A DNA stretch of 33,956 nt, from contig NC_068990.1 of the NCBI RefSeq assembly GCF_001194135.2, positions 50,574,353 to 50,608,308 on the forward strand. Direction: 5' to 3'. Both the position numbers and the translations under genes were made by a program. Position 1 is the stretch's first letter; each line of letters starts with the position of its first letter. The DNA comes from Octopus bimaculoides. Taxonomy: Eukaryota. Below, one piece after another: positions 21,675-33,770 of the stretch. The notes below the pieces were generated by a model. That model saw only the letters and a list, made by a program, of their open reading frames with translations. It did no database searches and was not told where the DNA came from.

Positions 21675-21848
21675 GTTTAACGTCCGCTTTCCATGCTAGC
21701 ATGGGTTGGACGATTTGACTGAGGACTGGTGAAACCGGATGGCAACACCAGGCTCCAGTCTAATTTGGCAGAGTTTCTACAGCTGGATGCCCTTCCTAAC
21801 GCCAACCACTCAGAGAGTGTAGTGGGTGCTTTTACGTGTCACCCGCAC
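21644..21848 (-). mobile_element. Young 5'-truncated RTE 3' tail copy ending in (GAT)n
   Basis: (CAT)n followed by CGTTTAACGTCCGCTTTCCATGCTAGCATGGG…. One substitution versus the 32191 copy over ~175 bp. Homologous to the tail of the full-length RTE. Confidence 0.9.
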
Positions 21849-22384
21849 ACATGTTATTATTATTTGCTTCATAGCCCACATTATAATCCACCTTTCAATT
21901 ATTGCGTTTATTGCCATTAATGTTTACGTAGCTACCATAGTTAGTCATGTTGGCTTTGTTTACTTAGTGCTGTCATTACCATTACTCATACTACACGCAT
22001 CCATCCCCACATCAAAATTTATACCACTAGGAATTTCATTACTAGAATAACTAAAGTTGTACAGGCCCCAGATGGTGGGTTGGGTGGATGGGGGGAGGTA
22101 ATTTTATAGCAGTTTGATTACCAGTATCATTAAGTATGTTCAGCTTGTTTATACTACTTCCAGCAGGTAGTAGTACTAATTTGGGTATAAGAGAGCGAAG
22201 ACTTGATTCAACTAAAAGTAAGTCATGATTCCTGCCGGTATGTGTACTCAAGTATAATAATCTATTCCTGTCGCTATTTGTAGTTCTAAGTTGTTTACCA
22301 ATACTACTACTACTAGTATTATGTCTAGCAACATTTACACCATTAGAATCAGAAGTATTACAATTAGCTATAGAGTTGTTACAT

Positions 22385-23340
22385 ACAAACACTATTTTGT
22401 TTCCACACCTGGAATTTCTTTTCTAGTTCTGGTGCAAATTCTGCTATGAGGGTCAGATCATGAGCATATAGTAGTTCCCATGGCCTGTTATGGCCTGGAG
22501 GATGATGGTGAATAGGAGTGGAGGATGAGGACTGAGCCTTGGTGAACACCTTACTAATAGTGCCCTTGTACATGGCCTGTGCTGATTTCACAAGTCATTT
22601 GTCTACCCCTAACTTCCTCAGAGACCACCATATCACAGAGTAAGGTATTCCTTTGAAGGCTTTCTCCAGGACAACAAATGTTAAGGACAATGGCTCATTC
22701 TTAGTTAAATGCTCCTCTTGCAGCTACCTGACTATGAAAATAGCATCTGTGCTGCTTCTTCTCAGAACAAAGCCCAACTGCATTTCATTTAATCTAATTT
22801 CTGTTTCTAATTAATCGGGATATAACTCTCTCCATAATTTTCATCACCTGCTCCAGCAATTTGATGCCTCTATAATTATTTCGAAGGCATCTCTTTTACC
22901 CTTGTAGCAACTGACTATAATGCTGCTACACCAGTCACTGGAGATTATGCCTTCCTGAATAACCTGATTAACTATATGCATCTTAGCAGACATCTTAAGC
23001 ATATCAGCAATGATTACTGATGGACCAGGAGCTTTTCCTGATATCATATCTTTTATTGCTTTATCTATCATGTTGCTCTCAACTAGGATAGCTGGTCCCT
23101 CAGTTGGGTTCACATGGGTGAGACTCCTTTCCTTGCATTCATTTCCACATTTAGTAGCCTTTCACAGTAGCTCTTCTATTCAGAATTACTAAATGCAAGC
23201 ATACCATTATCTGTCTATACATACTTCTTTCCTACATCTTGATTCTTTCTAACACACTGCCTAGCAATCCAGACACTTCAAGTCTCTGATCTTCACACTG
23301 AATGACATTGGAAAACCTCTTCCTTTCTGCTTCTGCCCTA
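22385..23340 (-). mobile_element. Older, deleted RTE ORF2 copy
   Basis: Reads NPTEGPAILVESNMIDKAIKDMISGKAPGPS…DWCSSIIVSCYKGK…PWELLYAHDLTLIAE…KFQVWKQN. Same family as 25832-29673. Confidence 0.85.
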
Positions 23341-23625
23341 GCTGGATAAACATGTTGCCTAATTTCTCTTTTAACTATCTGATAAAGTTCTTTGCTACCC
23401 CCACTCTTTCACTCTTTCCAAGCCCATCATTTACACTGATTAATTTTGAAATCTTAAGTACATGTCTGTAGGACAGTGCATTCACTACACACTGGACTGC
23501 TATAAATATTGTGGAAAACAATTTAATTTTTTTCATGTAAATTAATTTTTCAAAATAAATCAAATAATGCTTTATAAGTTGTTAGTTAGATCTCACTTGG
23601 GCAGGTGCTATATAAAAAGCACCCA

Positions 23626-23700
23626 GTACACACTGAAGGCTTCCAGTTACAGAAACATTGATAAATCAGAGACTGGAGCTTGGCACAATACTCTGGCTCA
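23626..23700 (+). mobile_element. Short decayed RTE tail fragment
   Basis: AAAAGCACCCAGTACAC…CCAGTTACAGAAAC…AGACTGGAGC resembles the reverse complement of the 21644 copy. Confidence 0.5.
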
Positions 23701-23984
23701 TTCACTCCTGTGTGTGTGTGTGTGGGGGGGGGGGGGGTATCCCTCATGAGCTTTAATTTTAAGGAAAACTAGACTAGTATAGTGGGGTGGTTATCTCTTC
23801 TGCCAGTGTATGGAACTGTGCTTTCTTGTGGTTAAGGGTTTCTTAACTCTTTTTTTTTCACAATGTAGATGCTATCCTGCACTGTCAGTCACAATTAGTG
23901 ACAACTGAATTTTTCCTTTTATGTTTTATGTTGTGTATAGCCACATTCATTATTTTGTATATATATATATATATATATATATAT

Positions 23985-24949
23985 GTAAATATAAAAATGG
24001 AAAAAAAACGCAATAGAGAACAATAAAACACTCGGACAGATAGATGATACAAAGGCAGACAGGAGGAACAACAATTAGAAGGACAGGCAGAAAAGACGGG
24101 TCATTTGTGGCCTTCTTTCTTCAGTCAAGTACCAGAAGTCACAACTGTTTCGGGCAGTTACGCTTGAGACTGTTCGATCTGGTTGCCCCCCAAAAAGTCT
24201 AAGCTAAGGGCATTAGACCCCTTTGTAAGAAAGTTAGCAAATGTGTACGGCAACAAAGACAAAAAAATGGAGAACATGGTACACAAAAAGACAAAAAGTG
24301 GAGAACATGGTACACAATTACAAATGCAAACAACAAGAAAATAACAACAGTTGTCTTTCGACTGAGAATGAATCAAATAGAGCTGGTGTGTATGAAGTGA
24401 AAGCCTAAAGGCAGGAACATAGGAGATGGACATAAGAGGTGTTGGCGGTCGGCAGTCAGGTCAAGAAAGAAAGATCATGGCTGGCCGGACATCAGTCACG
24501 TGGAAGGAGGAGAGAGGGGTAGGGGGCAACAGGATTGAAGGATTAGAAAAAAATCAGAGACAAAGAGAAAGTTACAGGGGAGATAAATGAGTGGGAAATA
24601 GTAGGAATTAAAGAAAGAGAGGGCCAAGAAATGTGTGAGAGAGAGAGGAGGCAAGAAAAAGGAAGAAAGCATGAGGGGGACTAAAAGATACAGTAAAAGT
24701 CATACAAAATTTAGATACATTCCTACTATAAGGTGAGCACAAGTGTGTACGTATGCTGCTATATGTATATATAAATATAAAAATGGAACAAAAATGCAAT
24801 AGAGGACAATAAAACATTTGGACAGATAGACAACACAAAGGTGGACAGGAGAAACAACAATTAGAAGGACAGGCAAAAAAGATGGGTCATTCGTGGTCTT
24901 CTTTTTTCAGTCAAGTACCAGAAGTCACAGTTTGATCTGGTTGCTCCCA
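23985..24949. mobile_element. Unclassified element with ~200-bp diverged direct repeats, sitting in a (TA)n tract
   Basis: 23986-24188 and 24772-24948 are clearly homologous (the second lacks ~30 bp). (TA)n runs flank at 23958-23984 and 24950-24973. No coding motif recognised. Confidence 0.55.
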
Positions 24950-25831
24950 ATATATATATATATATATATATATCAGTGGTGAAGGGTGACTTCGAAACCA
25001 GGGCACGCAATCCTTGATGCAGATCAGTCGCCAAGGCAGAGAATGGGGTGGTGAAGTCTTACTCCCTCACACCCTAAAAAAAAATCAAACTATTCTTTGT
25101 TCTTTCCAACATACATATACTCTTCAGTACTCAATAATCATATCATTAAGATATTATTCGTATGAAATAAACTAGAATCAGCAATAAAGCAAACATGTGA
25201 GTTGACTAAATACTTATTTCTCATCTAAATCTGCCTGACTATGAGGAAAGGTTTAAGTCCTTTGAATAGGCAAGCCTTTGATCTCTGCTGCACTGTGCTT
25301 CAGGGGAAAATATGTTGACAGCATGTCTGCTGGCTTAATATGGATGGAAGGCAAGCAGTATTTCTGCTTTATTCTGCCTTTCTCTCTTTAACCTCCCACT
25401 GTTTTGTTTTGTGTCTTTTTTTCATGCTCGCTTCTCAAAGGGAATAATAGAATAGGAAAAATCTAACACCACTGCTTTTTCTTACTATGACTGAATGACA
25501 AGTAGAAAATGTGTGTTTCTCTGGCTTTTCACACTTTGACTTCACACTCTTTTGTTTTTCTTTCACATTCCCTGCTCAGAGGGAATAGAAAAGGAAAGCA
25601 ATTAATTCACTGCTTTTCCTTCTTTTCTAGGAGCTTTCTCTACTTGCACTTCTTAAATAATATCAATTGTTTACAATTTGTACTAAGAAATGAAGAAATG
25701 GGAAATAAAAAAAATATCACAAGTACAATGAGGATACTAAAAATTATCAATAATTAATTTGCTATTACACAATAATTATTTATCCTGGAAAAAAACTAAG
25801 GTAGTGTATTTGTTGCATACACCTCATATAT

Positions 25832-28800
25832 CATCATCATCATCATCATCATCGTTTAACATCCGCTTTCCATGCTAGCATGGGTCGGACGATTTGACTG
25901 AGGACTGGTGAAACCGGATGGCTACACCAGACTCCAATCTGATTTGGCAGTGTTTCTACAGCTGGATGCCCTTCCTAATGCCGACCACTCAGAGAGTGTA
26001 GTGGGTGCTTTTATGTGCCACCGGCACGATGGCCAGTCAGGTGGTACTGGCAACGGCCATGCTCAAAATGGTGTATTTTATGTGCCACCCGCACAAGAGC
26101 CAGTCCAGAGGCACTGGCAACCATCTCGCTCGAAAATCCTTACACATGTCACCAGCACAAGTGCCAGAAAGGCGACGCTGGGCACAGGTGCCATCCCGAT
26201 TTCAATTGCCCCAATAAGTCTTCGCAAGCTGAGTTTTGTGTCCAATAAAGGAGACGACGTTAGCATGGGTGCCAGTCGTCGAATTTAGTTTGATTTCGAT
26301 TTCACTTGCCTCAAAAAGTCTTCGCAAGCGGAGTTTAGTGTCCAATGAAGGAAAGGTACACATAAGTGGGCTGGCTACACCCCTGGCAGAGGCCTTGGAT
26401 TTAGGTCTCACTTGGCTTGCCGGGTCTTCTCATGCANNNNNNNNNNNNNNNNNNNNNNNNNNNNNNNNNNNNNNNNNNNNNNNNNNNNNNNNNNNNNNNN
26501 NNNNNNNNNNNNNNNNNNNNNNNNNNNNNNNNNNNNNNNNNNNNNNNNNNNNNNNNNNNNNNNNNNNNNNNNNNNNNNNNNNNNNNNNNNNNNNNNNNNN
26601 NNNNNNNNNNNNNNNNNNNNNNNNNNNNNNNNNNNNNNNNNNNNNNNNNNNNNNNNNNNNNNNNNNNNNNNNNNNNNNNNNNNNNNNNNNNNNNNNNNNN
26701 NNNNNNNNNNNNNNNNNNNNNNNNNNNNNNNNNNNNNNNNNNNNNNNNNNNNNNNNNNNNNNNNNNNNNNNNNNNNNNNNNNNNNNNNNNNNNNNNNNNN
26801 NNNNNNNNNNNNNNNNNNNNNNNNNNNNNNNNNNNNNNNNNNNNNNNNNNNNNNNNNNNNNNNNNNNNNNNNNNNNNNNNNNNNNNNNNNNNNNNNNNNN
26901 NNNNNNNNNNNNNNNNNNNNNNNNNNNNNNNNNNNNNNNNNNNNNNNNNNNNNNNNNNNNNNNNNNNNNNNNNNNNNNNNNNNNNNNNNNNNNNNNNNNN
27001 NNNNNNNNNNNNNNNNNNNNNNNNNNNGGTTGACTCTAAGGCCCTTCAATTCTAGTCCCTGCTTTCCCCTGAAACTTCTCCTCTAGTTCTGATAGTGACT
27101 CAGCAATTAGTGCAAGGTCATCAGCATAGAGGAGCTCCCACGGGCAACCTGTCTTGAATTCCTCTGTGATCACCTGGAGGACTATGATAAATAGGAGGGG
27201 ACTGAGGACAGAACCTTGGTGGACCCCTACCTCCATCTGGAATTCATTACTGTACTCATTTCCAACCCTCACCTTACTGACAGCATCTCTGTACATGGCT
27301 CGCACAGCTGTCACTAACCATTCTTCTATCCCAAGTTTCCTCATTGACCACCAGATAAGGGATCGGGGGTCCCTGTCAAAGGCTTTCTCCATGTCCACGA
27401 AAGCTAGGTACAGAGGCTTATACTTGGCTAGGTATTTCTCCTGCAGCTGTCTTACCAGAAATATAGCATCAGTGGTGCTTTTACCTGGCACGAACCCAAA
27501 CTGCATCTCATCTAAATTGATTCGCTCCCTAATTAGCTGGGCTATGAACCTCTCCGTGACTTTCATTACCTGATCTAACAGCTTGATACCTCTGTAATTA
27601 TTTGTATCTAAAGCATCATCTTTACCTTTGTAGCAGTTTACTATGGTGCTGCTACACCAGTCATTGGGTATGACTCCTTCGTGTATCACCTGGTTCGTAA
27701 TACATGTGACTAGGCTATAGCCGACACTGCCAGATATTTTGAGCATCTCTGCAGTGATTCCTGCAGGTACTGTCTACTCGGATAGCTGGTCCCTCTGTTG
27801 GGTCGACATTCGGCAGACTCTCTTTCTCCCATTCATTCTCTTTATTGAGCAATCTATCGTAGTGGCATCTCCAGACCTTTCTTTGCAGCCTCATTTAGTG
27901 CAAGCGTACCATCATCCATGCTAACACATTTCTCTCCTACAACATCACTATTCTCACTCCTACAGTCTTGCAACATGAAATACCTCAAGTCTTTGGTCCT
28001 CATGGCGCAGAACATTGGCAAATCTTTTCTTATCTGCTTCCCCTCTGGCTAAATAAACCTGTCGCCTAGCTTCCCTTCTGGCAGATTGGTACAATTCCCT
28101 GCTACCACCGTTCTTCCAGTCCTTCCAAGCCTGTTTCTTTTGTCTAATAGCCCTGTCTACCTTCTTGTTTGACCACTACGTTACTCTTGGTCGAGAGGGG
28201 ACTTTACACTAGCCACAGATCTGGTCGGTGGCTCTCAGCAGGTTGTCCTGCAGAAATCTCCAGTTGTCTTCCATCTCCTTCTATTTTGTCAAATGCTTCG
28301 AATAACATGTCTCTAAATCTCCGTCCATTTGCAGGGTCTTTAAGCTTCCACACCCTTCTCCTCCAAGCCGGTCTACTTCTGGGCACCCATTTTGCCTTGA
28401 TCCCGAAGTCGCTAACTACTAATCTGTGTTGAGGGGTACATTCTTCGCCAGGGAAGGTTTTGGCATTTATAAGCCGCCTTCTTTCCCTATTTCTGGCAAA
28501 GATGTAGTCGATTTGGCTAGAGTGTCTGCTGGATCGGTAGGTGACTAGATGACAGGCAGGTTTCCTGAAGTTGGTATTTCAAACCGTAAGATCGGTTGCA
28601 TCACAGAACTCCAGCAGTCTGGTTCCCTCCTCGTTGCGGGAACCGAAGCCATAGCCTCCATGTATGCCATGGAAACCTCCAGCACGACGTCTGCCATGAC
28701 CATTGAAGTCACCAGCCACAAAGAGAAGGTCCCTGTCACTCGTTGACGAGGTAGTTTGCAAGAGGGTGTCATAGAATTGGTCTTTCAGCCCATCCAGGAG

Positions 28801-29673
28801 CCCCGGTTGAGGGGCATAGGCTGAGATGACAGTAGCTAACTAGTCTAATCTTAAGTATTCTGTCACATACTCTAACTACCTTGATTACCTTATCAACCCA
28901 TTTCTCTGCTAGAAGTATTCCTACGCCCCCGACCCTGTCAGTGTCCCCTGCCCAGAAAATCTTGTACCTGTGTTCTTTGCCTGTGAGGAACCTCACAGAA
29001 CCTCCTCTCCATCTTACTTCTTGGATGCAGCACAGATCTACGTGTCTCCATTCAAGCATTTCTACAATCTCACCAGACCTACCTTTCAGAGTGCCAATCC
29101 TAACGGTGTGGGTGTTGGGGGTGTGGGCCTGTGGCCTGGGAAGGGGAAAAGCAGTGTCGTGTACCTGAAAAGAAAGCTTGCAATTGGCAGAATTCATAAG
29201 CAAAACAGTACCTACAACCTGCAAACATTACACAATCTTTATGCGCTACCCAAAGGNNNNNNNNNNNNNNNNNNNNNNNNNNNNNNNNNNNNNNNNNNNN
29301 NNNNNNNNNNNNNNNNNNNNNNNNNNNNNNNNNNNNNNNNNNNNNNNNNNNNNNNNNNNNNNNNNNNNNNNNNNNNNNNNNNNNNNNNNNNNNNNNNNNN
29401 NNNNNNNNNNNNNNNNNNNNNNTGTACCACCAGCCAGGAGAGAGACTTCTTAATCGTAGGTTTTAAATGCTTAAACATATTTGAGAGACAGCAACGCTTA
29501 AATCGTAATTTTAAAGGAGCGATAAAACTTAAGTAAAGAGAATAAAATAAATAAGCATGAATTTAGGACGAACTTGTACAAAATGCTAAATGCGAGGCGT
29601 AGTTGAAGGAAAGACGGCTAAGCTTAAATCGTAATTTTAAAGGAAGGAGCGATAAAATTTGAATAAAGTGAGG
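25832..29673 (-). mobile_element. Full-length RTE-clade LINE with 15-bp target-site duplication (two internal gaps)
   Basis: ATACACCTCATATAT at both 25817-25831 and 29674-29688. (GAT)n tail at ~25832-25853. Endonuclease GTLKGRSGEIVEML…DLCCIQEVRW and RT QFGFVPGKSTTDAI…HQGSVLSPLLF…LLYADD. Confidence 0.92.
27036..29150 (-). pseudogene. RTE ORF (APE endonuclease plus RT), frameshifted
   Basis: ORF-track pieces 28769-29224, 28579-28761, 28204-28386 and 27036-27746 form one disrupted ORF. The KAIKxMKxGKAPG segment present in the 22844-23113 copy is deleted near 27770. Confidence 0.85.
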
Positions 29674-29701
29674 ATACACCTCATATATATATGTATATAT
29701 A

Positions 29702-30999
29702 TGAGGTGGTATAAAAAAGTTCTCAGACTAGTTATGTTTAATGAAAAATAACTTATTTACCTAAGTTTTAATATCTCCTTTGAAATAGTCACCTGTGCAG
29801 CAATATACTAGACCCAGCGTTCCCGCCACTTTTGGAATCCAGCCTGGAAGTAATTTTTTGTAAGCAAGTCAAGGACCTTCTGCAATTCACTTGGGATCTT
29901 GACAACGGTGTTAAGGCAGTGTGTTTTGAGCTGCATTTTCATCTTAAGGAAGAGATGGAAGTTCACAGGTGCTAAATCTGATGAATAGGGCAAGTACAAA
30001 AGTGATACCATGTTGTTTTTGGCAAGAAACTCAAGAATGAGGTAAGCTCAGTGACAGGGTGCATTGTCATTACGGAAAATCCAATTCTACACACTTCACT
30101 GATCTAGTTGCTTTCACTGAATGTCCTCCCTCAAACATTTCAAAACGTTACAGAACTCTCAGTCGACAGTCTGGCCCTGGGGGACAAATTCATGATGTAC
30201 AGTACCACAAATGTCAAAAAAACCAATGAGCATGTTCTTGATTGAGCTGTGGCTCTTTCGTGCCTTCTTTGGTTGTGGAGATGAAGGGCTCTTCCATTGT
30301 TAGAACTGCTGCTTCGTCTCAGGGTCGTACCCATAGACCCATCTCTCATCACCGATAAGGATGGGTCATCAGCAGCATGCTGATGGAGATCTTGACAGAC
30401 TTTGACACAATGTTCTTTTTGGTTAGTGGTCAGCAGGTGGGGGACAAACTTGGCATAGACATGTCATATGTTCAATTCAGACATTAGGATTGCCTGCATG
30501 GACCAATACAACAGACTAACAACATCAGTAGCGTTGTTGGTTGTCCTCCAACGATCCTCATACACAAGCTAAGGAATTTTCTCCACATTTCCAGGAGTGA
30601 TGTTCATGGCAGGTCTTTCAGATCACTCATCATCCTCCAGGAACATTCTTCCATTTTTCAAGTGCCTGTGCCTCTCAAAACATTGCATATAACCCATTGC
30701 CTCGTAGCCATAAGCTTGCCAAAGCATGTTCAATGTCTCTGTAACTGACTTCCTAAATCTAATGCAAAATTTTGTGTTGGCTCTTTGTTCCAACTTTGTT
30801 GCAACTTCCGGTCACAAACTACAGCATACATGCAATCACAAAAACACAAATTTCACAACTTGCGAAGTAAACACAGTGATGTCACTCGATACACTGCCTC
30901 GTGAAGGTCACTGTTAGCTCACCCTGCACATGCAACTGTGTCCTGCCATCTGTTGGCACAGTGCAGAACTAGTCCTGGAACATTTTGATACCATCTTCA
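29702..30999 (-). mobile_element. Full-length (1298 bp) decayed mariner (DD34D) DNA transposon
   Basis: TIRs TGAGGTGGTATAAAAAAGTTCTCAGACTAGT and its near-inverse at 30968-30999. TA flanks at 29700-29701 and 31000-31001. Transposase relic reads EQRANTKFC…, GDERWVYGYDPETKQQ, NDNAPCH and PYSSDLAPVNFHLF, with many stops. Confidence 0.92.
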
Positions 31000-32190
31000 T
31001 ATATGTATTGATTGTTTGAAGTTGTGTACAGATTTTATACATCAAGAAAAAGGATGTACTCAGAATTTTGGATGATCATTTATTTAGCTCTTTTGACTCA
31101 TTTCAGAGATTCATCAGGAATGATTTTGTTAGAGAAAATTTATACCTTTTTTATATATGAGTTGAAAAAATCTGAAGTTGAATTGTGAAGAGAACATTCT
31201 TTATTTTGAATCAGTGTGTGTGTGTGCATGCGTATGTAAGGTGAATTTATGGAACCTTGGTTAGAAGGAGAAAAAATAGAAAAACAGAAAGAAAGAGAGA
31301 GAAAGAAAAAAGAAAGTAAGAAGGAAAGGTAGAAATGGGTCTTTTTCTGAAATCATTGAAACTGCATTGTACTTATTGACCAGTTATATGCTTTGCAGCT
31401 GTAGAAAGGGGTCTTTTTTATAAGATGGATGAAATTGATGACAGTTTGAGATGTCAATTTTCTTTTAGTCACTGTAGTTTTTTTTTGTCAGTTGTCATGT
31501 TATCCAGCTGTAGAAAATAGACTCTATCAACCTTGTTTTGAAAGGTTAATAAATGTATGTGTTTAAGCATATGTGTGTGAGAGAATTGTGTGTTGCTCAC
31601 TTAAGTGAATTTTTCCAGTTATTTTTTATAATAGTAAATTTTATATGGTAACCAGTGTCCTACCATTTAAAGTTATTGTTACATGTTCCACAGTCCTTAT
31701 CTCCACAGTCCTTCATGGAGAATTCTGAAAATGTTGGTCACTCCTGGATAATGTGTATTGATAAATGGAATACTTTTTCTTTAAATTTTTTCTTTGATGT
31801 CTTCAGTTGTATGATGTCCAATTTCATCGCCTTTATAATTCCATCATTTATTAATGTAGGAAGCCTTTGAGTTCATTGAGTTGAGTTTAATATATTTTCG
31901 AATCAACTACTGTTGCACAGATTCATTTTGCCATACTATATAGAATGTTCCTTTTGATGTGTGAAGGATGGCAAGAGTAGCAGTTCAGATACTAACGTGT
32001 GTCTGTTTTCTTTTTTGTAAATTATATTTGCTGTTACTGTGAAGTCGTGTATTTTTTATGTGATTGTCTAGGATTCATTGTGAATTTGATAGATACATGG
32101 AGAGTGTTCAGAATGTTATTGAATATTTGTAGATCATTATTTGATTTCTCCCCCAAAATAAAGCAGTTGTTGAGGAAGAATTTCTATTTT

Positions 32191-32512
32191 CATCATCATC
32201 ATCATCATCATCGTTTAACGTCCGCTTTCCATGCTAGCATGGGTTGGACGATTTGACTGAGGACTGGTGAAACCGGATGGCAACACCAGGCTCCAGTCTG
32301 ATTTGGCAGAGTTTCTACAGCTGGATGCCCTTCCTAACGCCAACCACTCAGAGAGTGTAGTGGGTGCTTTTACGTGTCACCCGCACGAAAACGGCCACGC
32401 TCGAAATGGTGTCTTTTATGTGCCACCCGCACAAGCCAGTCCAGGGGCACTGGCAACGATCTCGCTCGAAAATCCTACAGGAGCCAGTCAGGCGGTACTG
32501 GCAACGGCCACG
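32191..32512 (-). mobile_element. Young 5'-truncated RTE 3' UTR copy ending in (GAT)n
   Basis: Near-identical to 21644-21848 and extends further into the modular 3' UTR. Confidence 0.9.
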
Positions 32513-32879
32513 GAAATCTTGAGTAAGAGTTTTTTACCCTCTAACCAAGCTTCCAAAATTTCACCAAACACATACTTACACACACATATAAATTCAAAAT
32601 AACAAAATGTTCTCCTCCCAATTCAACTCTAGAGTTTTCCATCTAACTCATATATAAAGGGCATAAATTTCCTGTTAAAAAAATTATTGCCGTTGAATTT
32701 CTGAAACAAGATGAAAGCACTAAATAAATAACTATCCAAAATTCTGACTACCTCCTTTTTCTTAATACACACACACACACTGTATATCATCATCATAGTT
32801 TAACATCCACTTTACCATGCTTGCATGGGTCTCTTGTTTTAGGTTTCTATCCATCAGTTATAAGCAGCATTCTTTAATT

Positions 32880-33072
32880 CCAGCTCTGGCTCTAGTACAA
32901 ATGTCTTGTTTTCATTAGTTTTGAATTAAAATCTTCCACCAACCCTTAGTCACAATTAATGTTCCTAACACTAGCTTAATGTTAACTAAGTTATTTTACT
33001 AATTTCTTTGTTATATTTTAAATAATTGAAAGAAACACAGAGCATCTCAAAATAAATACAGTAATGAAAGGG
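32880..33072. mobile_element. Possible piggyBac-like non-autonomous element end
   Basis: Ends …AATGAAAGGG|TTAG, resembling the AAGGG|TTAA terminus. The other end was not found. Confidence 0.35.
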
Positions 33073-33254
33073 TTAGTTTGTTGCATGAATTAACATGCAA
33101 TTCCATTTCTTTCCATCTACTTCTCTTTTGTTCTTGAATTCTCCTGTTGTTTCAATTACTTTTTGGAAATCTGTAGCTGCCAATAGCATTCTTTGTTCAT
33201 GTATCTCAGTTGTCATTATTTCATTTTTTTTGTATCTCACCCTTATGTTGGAAT

Positions 33255-33470
33255 TTAGGCAGGTTTACTCTTAGATAACAGGGAATCACCACCTGTGACC
33301 TCAGCCATCCAAGAACTATTGAATCATCTTCGCCATTCCTAATAAGCAGGCCGGTTGCATATAGTCCATGTGCTTCTGCAAGCCAATCTTCCCTGTCAAC
33401 TTCTCAAGCCTTTTCCCTACCATTCCTAAAGCTCCAATGACAATTGGTATGACCTCACTTTTTCCATAAC
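33255..33470 (-). mobile_element. R4/Dong-like non-LTR 3' fragment (restriction-like endonuclease C-terminus)
   Basis: Reads EVIPIVIGALGMVGKRLEKLTGKIGLQKHMDYMQPACLLGMAKMIQ*, matching the VPxVIGALG…LQKxxLLGTAxI terminal motif. Confidence 0.75.
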
Positions 33471-33540
33471 CCTGTTTCTCTCTCTCTCTCCTTCCCCCTC
33501 TCTCTCTTTATCCCCCCCCCCCACTTCTTCTTATCATTAT

Positions 33541-33755
33541 GGCATTGAGCTAGCAGAATTGTTAGCATGCCAGGCAAAATGCTTAGCAGCATTTCATTTG
33601 CCTTTACAAGTTCAAACTCTACCAAGGTCGATTTTGCTTTTCATCCTTTCAGGGTTGATAAATTAATTACTAGTGAAGCACTGGGGTCGACGTAATCGAC
33701 TAGTCCCCTCTCCCAAAATTTCAGGCTTTGTGCTTTTAGTAGAAAGAATTATTAT
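33541..33755 (+). mobile_element. tRNA-derived SINE with Meta-domain-like core
   Basis: A-box-like TAGCAGAATTG (33551) and B-box-like GTTCAAACT (33610). Core TTTCATCCTTTCAGGGTTGATAAATTAA…CTGGGGTCGACGTAATCGAC, then an (ATT)n tail. Confidence 0.7.
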
Positions 33756-33770
33756 TTTTGTTGTTGTTGT

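Noticed and set aside
24085-24190. CTGAAGA and CCCGAAAC on the minus strand, suggesting a hammerhead
   Set aside because: The boxes cannot be arranged with a valid NUH site and paired stem I. The GAAAC lies in the loop of a separate hairpin.
25225-25640. YEER-like CR1 motif and a weak ~150-bp diverged duplication
   Set aside because: Too short and too degenerate to support a call.
21644-32512. Recurrent repeats with (CAT)n as a CRISPR-like or satellite array; shared MKPDGNTRLQS ORFs as a gene family
   Set aside because: They are dispersed LINE 3' tails. The ORFs are antisense readings of a 3' UTR.
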